Virus record (IMG/VR): IMGVR_UViG_3300044970_001685
DNA length: 64,000 bases
Reading direction: 5' to 3' (one strand)
Source of the DNA: a virus
Part shown: piece after piece, positions 57,330 to 64,000 of the stretch
How the letters are laid out: every line of letters starts with the position of its first letter
Position numbering within the stretch: position 1 is the first letter of the stretch
The notes under the pieces: model-generated
Told to the model about the DNA's origin: nothing
Databases searched by the model: none
Seen by the model: the letters and a program-made list of their open reading frames with translations, nothing else
Program-made: the position numbers and the translations under genes

Positions 57330-59252
57330 ATGGCACAAAATCTTCAAGGGACTTTAATAAAATCAACAATAGGTGTAGATAAAATTAAAAAGTCTGTAAT
57401 GACTTTTAATAAGAGTATTAACACTACTCAAAAAACGGCAATGAAGATTAATACTTCACTGTCAAATAGTAATCGCCAAAAACAACAATCAATAAGACTT
57501 TCCGTATCCAACTTTCAGAAAAGGAGAGAAGCAGTTAGAAGAAGAGAAAGAGAAGATATAATTGAAGCATCTGGAATTAGTGGGGCAATTAGAAGACAGG
57601 GTAAAGTAATATCATCTAGCACAAAAGGTTTTCTTGGTAGAATATTAGATTTTATTGGAACTTTAATGGTTGGTTGGTTATTAAATAATCTTCCAACAAT
57701 TATTAGACTTGGTGAACAACTCATAACGAGAATGGGTAAATTGTATGTTGTTTTAAGATCTTTTGTGGGTAACGTTACAACTATACTTTCTGGATTTGGA
57801 AGTCTTTTAACGGGAACTTTTAGAAATTTAATTGCTTTTGATTTCAGTACTCAGAAGCAATTAATTGATAGTAGTTTGTCTACAATTCAAAATGGAATGT
57901 TAGGTATTGAAATGGACTTTAATAGAGCAATAGATCTTCTTTCTCAACCACTTGATCTTGGATTTGATGAACTAGATATTCCAGAAGAAAGGGGTGAAGC
58001 ACCACCTGCTGCACCAGAAGATGTTCCTACTGGTGCTGGTGGTATGCAGGCAATATTAGATGTAATTGGTGATGCAGAATCCCCTGGAAAGGGATATACT
58101 GCAATTGCACCCGGAGATTATAATCCAAATCTTACAAAAATGACAATTGCAGAAGCAAATAAGGCAATTGGTGTTAAAGGTGGTAGAGGTGCAATTGGTA
58201 GATATCAACTTACAAACCCAATAGGTCAAGCAAGGGCAGCAGGTCTAAATCCTGATAAAGATTTGTTTAGTCCAGAAAATCAAGATAAGATAGCACTTCA
58301 CTTAATAAAATCAAGGGGTGTTACTCTTGATATGATCAAGAATAATCCAGAAGAAGCATCGGTTCGTTTGAGTGCTGAATGGGCAGGTCTTCCAATGTTG
58401 AAAGTTTCAGGCCCATACGCAAGAAAAGTCGGAGATAGTTATTATCAAGGTTATAATGGAAATAGATCGACAATTTCTGTTGATAGACTAAGAAAAGCAT
58501 TTTCTCAGGCAGTTACTACACCAGCAACAACACCAACACCATCTACTCCATTACCAAGATCTCGTGTCAAGGATGAGATTAATGTATCTGGTCCTTCTGG
58601 TGGAACACCCTCTGTTGGTCTTTCGGGAGGTGGTGGTAATTATGGAGCATATAGATCATCTACAAGAAGTCATGCAGGTATTGACATAGGAACTAGCGGA
58701 CAGAAAGGATGGTTAGTTGGTTTTAAATCATCTGGAGTAGTAACCTATGCTGGTCAAGGTGGTGGATATGGAAATCTAGTCATCATTAAATCTGGTAATA
58801 CTGAATATTACTTTGCACACCTTGCAAGAATCTTTGTTAAACTTGGACCCTATAATGGAGAAGTGATTGGAGAAATTGGAAATACTGGTTCTGGTTATGG
58901 AATACACTTACACTATGAAGTTCGCCCAAATGGAAGACCAATTGATCCAAAACCATATTTAAATCTCTTAGATATTGGAAGACAGACTATTGCACCCCAA
59001 ACTGCTGCAAAACCAGCAACTCCAACAGGAATACAAATTGCTAGTGCAACACCAGCATCGACTCAAACTGCAACACAAGTCACACCAGAAAGAAAGGGTC
59101 AAACTATATTAGTACCAATGCAAGAACCAACACAAGTTGCACAGGCACCTGCACCATCTTCCAGAGGTGGTAGTGGTTTAAGTGGATCAAGTTCTGATAA
59201 AAGTGGATTAAATAGATATATCGAACAAAGTCAGTATCTTTCCCTAGCGTAA
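57330..59252 (+). CDS. Tape-measure-like virion protein with lysozyme-like and M23 peptidase domains
   Basis: LD.I..AES...A.GRYQ...FSPENQD...EWA.LP; HAGID...GYGN...AHL...HLHYEV. Confidence 0.8.
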   Translation: MAQNLQGTLIKSTIGVDKIKKSVMTFNKSINTTQKTAMKINTSLSNSNRQKQQSIRLSVSNFQKRREAVRRREREDIIEASGISGAIRRQGKVISSSTKGFLGRILDFIGTLMVGWLLNNLPTIIRLGEQLITRMGKLYVVLRSFVGNVTTILSGFGSLLTGTFRNLIAFDFSTQKQLIDSSLSTIQNGMLGIEMDFNRAIDLLSQPLDLGFDELDIPEERGEAPPAAPEDVPTGAGGMQAILDVIGDAESPGKGYTAIAPGDYNPNLTKMTIAEANKAIGVKGGRGAIGRYQLTNPIGQARAAGLNPDKDLFSPENQDKIALHLIKSRGVTLDMIKNNPEEASVRLSAEWAGLPMLKVSGPYARKVGDSYYQGYNGNRSTISVDRLRKAFSQAVTTPATTPTPSTPLPRSRVKDEINVSGPSGGTPSVGLSGGGGNYGAYRSSTRSHAGIDIGTSGQKGWLVGFKSSGVVTYAGQGGGYGNLVIIKSGNTEYYFAHLARIFVKLGPYNGEVIGEIGNTGSGYGIHLHYEVRPNGRPIDPKPYLNLLDIGRQTIAPQTAAKPATPTGIQIASATPASTQTATQVTPERKGQTILVPMQEPTQVAQAPAPSSRGGSGLSGSSSDKSGLNRYIEQSQYLSLA

Positions 59253-59258
59253 TTATAA

Positions 59259-60626
59259 ATGGCAGCAATCGACAGGTCAATATACGAAACACTTATTCTC
59301 GAGTCAAGAGATGGCAAAAAAACTGTCGATGTTAGATTAGGAACAGTATCTATCGATTATTATGAGGACATTTTTTCACCAACAGTTACCGCAACAATAG
59401 TGATTACAAACTCTGGTAACTCTGTTCCAAAATCAGATAATCAAGGCAATCCAGATCTCGTTTGTATGACACCTGATGGTGAAATGCAATCAATTTATCA
59501 GGGTCTTCCTCTAAGAGGTGGTGAAAAGGTTTCTATTAAAATAGCAGGAAATTCTCCAACTAATCCTGGATTAGATTTCGCAACTAATCCAGAAGATAAT
59601 CTTTATGTTTCGAGTATTGGGAATGTTATTAGTGAAAACCAAAGGGAGACATTTGTTTTATACCTATCTTCAAAAGAAGCAATTATAAATGAAACTCAAA
59701 ATGTTACTAAAAAGTATCCAACTTCATCCCCAATATCAGCATCTGCCGAAAATATAATTAAAGAATATATTAGAACCAATAAACCAGTTCAAATTGATCA
59801 AACCTCAAATAAGTATGGATTTGTAGGTAATTCAAAAAAACCATTTAGTCTTTTAGTAACTTTAGCATCAAAGTCAGTTCCAGAGATATCAAAAGAAAAT
59901 TCAACTGCTGGATTTGTTTTCTTTCAAACAAAAGACGGTTTCTTTTTTAAATCCTTGGATAGTTTAATTACACAAGAACCAAAGGCATCTTACACTTATA
60001 CTGAAATTAACAAACATTCTTCCGAAAGAAATAATGATTTTAATATCTTATCATATACTACAAGTAAAAATCAAAAATTATTAGAAAATCTAAGAATGGG
60101 GGCATTTGCGTCTGAAAGAATTGTTTTTGATCCTTCAACTTTTAGAACAACCATTATAAACTTTGATAAAAATCAATATGCTGGAAAATCAAAAAATCTT
60201 GGAACAAAGATAGAACCTCCTAAGATTTCTTTTTCAGATGCGGTTGATCTAGATCTCGGAGAAACTACATCAAGAATAGTTGCAACGATTGCAGACATTG
60301 GAACATTTGATCCAGAAGTTTCATTAAATCAAAATGCAAACTCAATAAATTATCAGGCACAATCTCTAATGAGATATAATACATTGTTTACGCAAGTATT
60401 AAATGCAACTATTCCATCAAATACAAATTTGAGAGCAGGAGATATTATTGAGTGCCAGTTTCCAAAAACAACTATTTCTAAAAAGAAAGAATTTGATCAG
60501 GAACAAAGTGGTCTATATATGATTAAAGCATTGTGTCATCATTTTGATACCACTGGATCATATACATCTTTGAAACTAATTAGAGATACTTTTGGAAAAT
60601 TCGGAACTAATAATAAGGTAGATTAA
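59259..60626 (+). CDS. Baseplate hub protein (gp27-like)
   Basis: YYEDIFSP; F.FFQT.DGF.F.S; GD.I...FP; SG.Y.I..L.H; upstream of gp5. Confidence 0.7.
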   Translation: MAAIDRSIYETLILESRDGKKTVDVRLGTVSIDYYEDIFSPTVTATIVITNSGNSVPKSDNQGNPDLVCMTPDGEMQSIYQGLPLRGGEKVSIKIAGNSPTNPGLDFATNPEDNLYVSSIGNVISENQRETFVLYLSSKEAIINETQNVTKKYPTSSPISASAENIIKEYIRTNKPVQIDQTSNKYGFVGNSKKPFSLLVTLASKSVPEISKENSTAGFVFFQTKDGFFFKSLDSLITQEPKASYTYTEINKHSSERNNDFNILSYTTSKNQKLLENLRMGAFASERIVFDPSTFRTTIINFDKNQYAGKSKNLGTKIEPPKISFSDAVDLDLGETTSRIVATIADIGTFDPEVSLNQNANSINYQAQSLMRYNTLFTQVLNATIPSNTNLRAGDIIECQFPKTTISKKKEFDQEQSGLYMIKALCHHFDTTGSYTSLKLIRDTFGKFGTNNKVD

Positions 60627-60629
60627 GGA

Positions 60630-62747
60630 ATGTTAGATCAGTCTCTAATAAAAAGTAATTTTATAGGAAAAGATGGATTTATATGGTGGATTGGACAAAT
60701 TCCACCAGAGGAAAATCATCAAGGACAAATTAATGGTGCTGGTTGGGGACACAGATATAAAGTTCGCATTTTAGGATATGATTCTCCTAGAACATCAGAA
60801 CTTTCAAATGATGAACTTCGTTGGGCGCAAGTTATGCTCCCAACAACCGCTGGATCTGGTGCAGCAAACCAGGCAACAACTGTCTCAATCTCGCCAGGTG
60901 ATTGGGTTTTTGGATTTTTCTTAGATGGATCACCAGATTATAGTTTACCAGTAATCCTTGGTGTATTTGGCAGAACATCACTAGTTGGAACTAATCAATA
61001 CATAGCACCTTTTCAACCCTATACTGGATATACAAATAAGGTTGATAATGATGGTGCTAACCTCATAAAAAATGAGGCAAATGAAAATAATGCGAATTCG
61101 CAAAAATCACCAAGACACGTATCACCAAATCAAGCAAAGAAAATTGGTCCAGATGAAAGATCTTATTATAGTGCAATTGGAGACACTATAAAAGCAGCAA
61201 CTGGATCTACTTCAAGTACAATTGAAAAAATATCAACTGAAGTTGATAACTTTGTAAATAAAATACAATCAATTTCTGATAATGTAACCGGAGCAATTGG
61301 AAAAACAAAAGCATTAATTAACGCAGAAATTGCAAACATAACAGCAAAAATACAAAAAATTGCAAGTGGAATTGTTAATAATGTAATTAACAATTTATAT
61401 AAAGCATTAGAACCAGTATTAAACGCTGGATTGAAATTGCTTTATAAAACAGTTTATGCAATTGTTTTTGCCGCAACTCAAAATGATCCAATAGCACATC
61501 AGGCAGGAGTTGCAGCACAAGCAGCAATGATCGCACCAGTTCAAGCAATTGAAGAAGCGTTGCCTTGCATTGCCAATTCAATATTAGGATCTATTGGTAA
61601 TGTAATTAAAAATCTTTTAAGTTCAGTTGCAGATAATGTTGCTAATTTTGTGAGTTGTATTTCAGAACAATTTATTGGCGGGTTATTAAATCATATCATT
61701 GGTGGAATAGATTCAATACTTACACCTCTTCTTGGTGGAGTTGAAAAGATTTTAATGGGATTTAATCTAATTTCATTTTTGAGATCAAGTGCAGAAGGAC
61801 TATTAAGTAGAAATTTCAGACGCTCTTGTAATGAAATTGCTCCAAATTATAATTCCCCAACAAATCAGTGGGTTATTGGCAAAGGTGCAAAAGAAGAACC
61901 TGGTATTCCTATAAACGCTATTTTAGAATCTGCTAATCTAGCAGCATCGATAGCAGAATCTTTCATCAATACGGGAGAAGCAATAGATGACTTTGTAAAA
62001 GATGTTGGATCTCTTGACTTCTTAGGAAAAGGATTCTCAAATCCAGGATTCAAAGGTCTCGTTTCCGATTGTTATGGTGGTCCACCATTAAATTGTGGAG
62101 GAGTTAAAGTTAAGATATTTGGAAGCAATGGATCAGGAGCATCTGCAAGAGCAATTATTGGTTCATTAGTTGGTGATGGACCAATTGTAACTGGAAGTAT
62201 TGTTGGATTTGAAATAGATGATGGTGGGTCTAATTATGATTTCCCACCATTTGTAGAAATTATTGATGATTGCAAACAAGGATATGGGGCTGTGGCAAGA
62301 TCAGTCATAGATTATGATGAAGAGTCTCCAACTTATGGACAAGTGATTGAAATTTACATTGTTTCTGAGGGTGAAAATTATCCTGTTAGTGGAACAGTTG
62401 AAGCAACGAGTCCAGAACCACCGTATGTTATTGATGATATTGTTATTATTGAACCTGGAACTGGATATACGAATACCGATACAGTTATAAATGTATCTAC
62501 TCTTGATGCTGTTGGTATTTCCACTACGAGTCCTATTTCATATAAAATACAGGTTGGTGATAATGGAGAGATTACTAAAGTATTCCCAATAAATAGTCAA
62601 TTGAATAATGTTTTAGAAGTTAATGATTTGCCAGTTCTTAAAGTGATAAGTGAAACTGGTTATGGAGCAACTCTCAAAGCAAGACTAAAACCGAGAAAAC
62701 AATATCAAGGTGAAGTTAAACAACAAATAGATTGTATCGGTAAGTAA
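60630..62747 (+). CDS. gp5: Baseplate hub/spike gp5 N-terminal protein
   Basis: GF.WW.G; R.KVRI.G; L.WA; G.WV.GFFLDG...P.I.G OB-fold. Confidence 0.85.
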   Translation: MLDQSLIKSNFIGKDGFIWWIGQIPPEENHQGQINGAGWGHRYKVRILGYDSPRTSELSNDELRWAQVMLPTTAGSGAANQATTVSISPGDWVFGFFLDGSPDYSLPVILGVFGRTSLVGTNQYIAPFQPYTGYTNKVDNDGANLIKNEANENNANSQKSPRHVSPNQAKKIGPDERSYYSAIGDTIKAATGSTSSTIEKISTEVDNFVNKIQSISDNVTGAIGKTKALINAEIANITAKIQKIASGIVNNVINNLYKALEPVLNAGLKLLYKTVYAIVFAATQNDPIAHQAGVAAQAAMIAPVQAIEEALPCIANSILGSIGNVIKNLLSSVADNVANFVSCISEQFIGGLLNHIIGGIDSILTPLLGGVEKILMGFNLISFLRSSAEGLLSRNFRRSCNEIAPNYNSPTNQWVIGKGAKEEPGIPINAILESANLAASIAESFINTGEAIDDFVKDVGSLDFLGKGFSNPGFKGLVSDCYGGPPLNCGGVKVKIFGSNGSGASARAIIGSLVGDGPIVTGSIVGFEIDDGGSNYDFPPFVEIIDDCKQGYGAVARSVIDYDEESPTYGQVIEIYIVSEGENYPVSGTVEATSPEPPYVIDDIVIIEPGTGYTNTDTVINVSTLDAVGISTTSPISYKIQVGDNGEITKVFPINSQLNNVLEVNDLPVLKVISETGYGATLKARLKPRKQYQGEVKQQIDCIGK

Positions 62748-62748
62748 T

Positions 62749-63291
62749 ATGGCACAAAGACCTTTCGAAAAACAAAATTGGCAAAGAAGAAAGTATCATT
62801 CTTTTAGTCCTCATTTCAGAATTGATACTGGTAACCCTCAAATGGGTTTAAATGGTAGTGATGTTTATAATTTATATGGTGTAAATGATGAAAGAGATGT
62901 TTCTCTTGTAGGAATGTCTTTTGGTGGAATGTTTCATATTTACAATGATCAATCGATTGAAATTATAGGTGGTCAAAAAAGTACCACAACTGGAGTTGAT
63001 ATTATTATTACTGGAAAAAATGGTGATATCTGGATTACTGCTGAGAAAAATGGACAAGTTAGAATTCGTGGAGCAAATGTTGTAGTAGATGCGGATGAAA
63101 ATCTAACGTTAAAAGCAGGAAATAGTGTTAAAATTGAAGCAGGCAATAAAATAGATCTTAAATCAAATATTGCAAACTGTGATGCTCTTTCGGGTAATTT
63201 GGCACCAGAGAATGCAACCTTTATGAATGGTGTGTTTAGAGGAACTTATGTAGCAGATAAAGCGTTAGGAACTCTTGGTGGTTTCTTATAA
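62749..63291 (+). CDS. gp5 C-terminal beta-helix/spike-like protein
   Basis: Repetitive I.I.A..G beta strands; follows gp5. Confidence 0.6.
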   Translation: MAQRPFEKQNWQRRKYHSFSPHFRIDTGNPQMGLNGSDVYNLYGVNDERDVSLVGMSFGGMFHIYNDQSIEIIGGQKSTTTGVDIIITGKNGDIWITAEKNGQVRIRGANVVVDADENLTLKAGNSVKIEAGNKIDLKSNIANCDALSGNLAPENATFMNGVFRGTYVADKALGTLGGFL

Positions 63292-63302
63292 GGAGTTAAA
63301 AA

Positions 63303-63539
63303 ATGGCATTTACAGATTCAGAAAACTTATCAGATTTAAAAGTTTTTAATGATGAAGTTTGGTTTAATGAAGATGTCAGATTCTACAAAAACGTTGTAGT
63401 TTCTGGAACTTTATTTTACAATAACGCTCAACTTTCTCCATCTTCTGGTGGTGGAGGAGGAGGTGGTGGTGGAGGTGGATCTTTACCATCAGGATCTAAT
63501 GGTGGATTTAGTGCAGTAACTTGGATTTTATCCACCTAA
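63303..63539 (+). CDS. Small fibre-like protein with poly-Gly linker and hydrophobic C-terminal tail
   Basis: AGGAG RBS; VFN.EVWF..DV; ends SAVTWILST. Confidence 0.6.
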   Translation: MAFTDSENLSDLKVFNDEVWFNEDVRFYKNVVVSGTLFYNNAQLSPSSGGGGGGGGGGGSLPSGSNGGFSAVTWILST

Positions 63540-63569
63540 TAAATAAAAAAATATCATTGTTTTTAACTA

Positions 63570-63941
63570 ATGACATCTCCTAATATTGTATCTACAACCA
63601 GCATATATGGTGTGACAACTGCTGGTGAATTAACAACATCAACTGTTTCTTTGCTTTCTAATGCGACTTCTAGTGGAAAGTTATATAGAGTAAATACAAT
63701 TATTGTAACAAACGTTGATGGAACAAATAGTGCTAACGTAACAATCTCATACAATACCGCAGAGGAAGGTGGTGGAGATAATTACGAAATTGCATCAACA
63801 ATTGCGGTTTTACCGGACTCTACATTAGTTGTTTTAGGAAAAGATTCTTCAATTTATTTACAAGAAGATAGATCAATTACAGGTCTTGCATCAGCAAATT
63901 CTGATTTAAAATATATCATTTCATATGAAGAAATATCGTAA
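63570..63941 (+). CDS. Small beta-sandwich 'cap' protein (paralogue 4)
   Basis: M..PNIV...I.G...NVDG...IYLQE...ISYEEIS. Confidence 0.75.
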   Translation: MTSPNIVSTTSIYGVTTAGELTTSTVSLLSNATSSGKLYRVNTIIVTNVDGTNSANVTISYNTAEEGGGDNYEIASTIAVLPDSTLVVLGKDSSIYLQEDRSITGLASANSDLKYIISYEEIS

Positions 63942-63949
63942 TAAAAAAT

Positions 63950-64000
63950 ATGGTTAAATTTATAGGAAATCGGATTGGAAGTTCAGTAACTAATGCACTA
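63950..64000 (+). CDS. 3'-truncated ORF (MVKFIGNRIG...)
   Basis: Runs off the window end. Confidence 0.45.
   Translation, partial: MVKFIGNRIGSSVTNAL

Overview
A 64 kb piece of a T4-like cyanobacterial myovirus genome (Kyanoviridae-type, probably freshwater). (1) 1-10 kb: glycosyltransferases and auxiliary metabolic genes (two hli, petF, peroxiredoxin, psbA, psbD) with a PhotoRC-II-like leader and an Endo VII/F-CphI-like homing endonuclease. (2) 10-43.5 kb: a roughly 33 kb accessory island of tail-fibre-like genes. It is built from repeated cassettes: a short fibre/adaptor, then a polyglycine/proline-rich protein, then often one or more modifying enzymes (11 2OG-Fe(II) oxygenases, a sulfotransferase). 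Adjacent genes carry recurring matched C-terminal/N-terminal motifs that look like a plug-and-socket connector code. (3) 43.5-51 kb: T4 core genes (nrdC, thyX, phoH, exonuclease, gp33, gp59, gp32), a Mom-like DNA modifier, and a locus with an NtcA box and tandem glutamine riboswitch-like aptamers, one of which contains an ORF. (4) 51-64 kb: baseplate/tail genes (gp53, gp48, gp2, gp4, gp54-like, gp26/gp51 with a candidate -1 frameshift, tape-measure-like proteins, gp5). All calls come from motif recognition by eye; no database searches were run.
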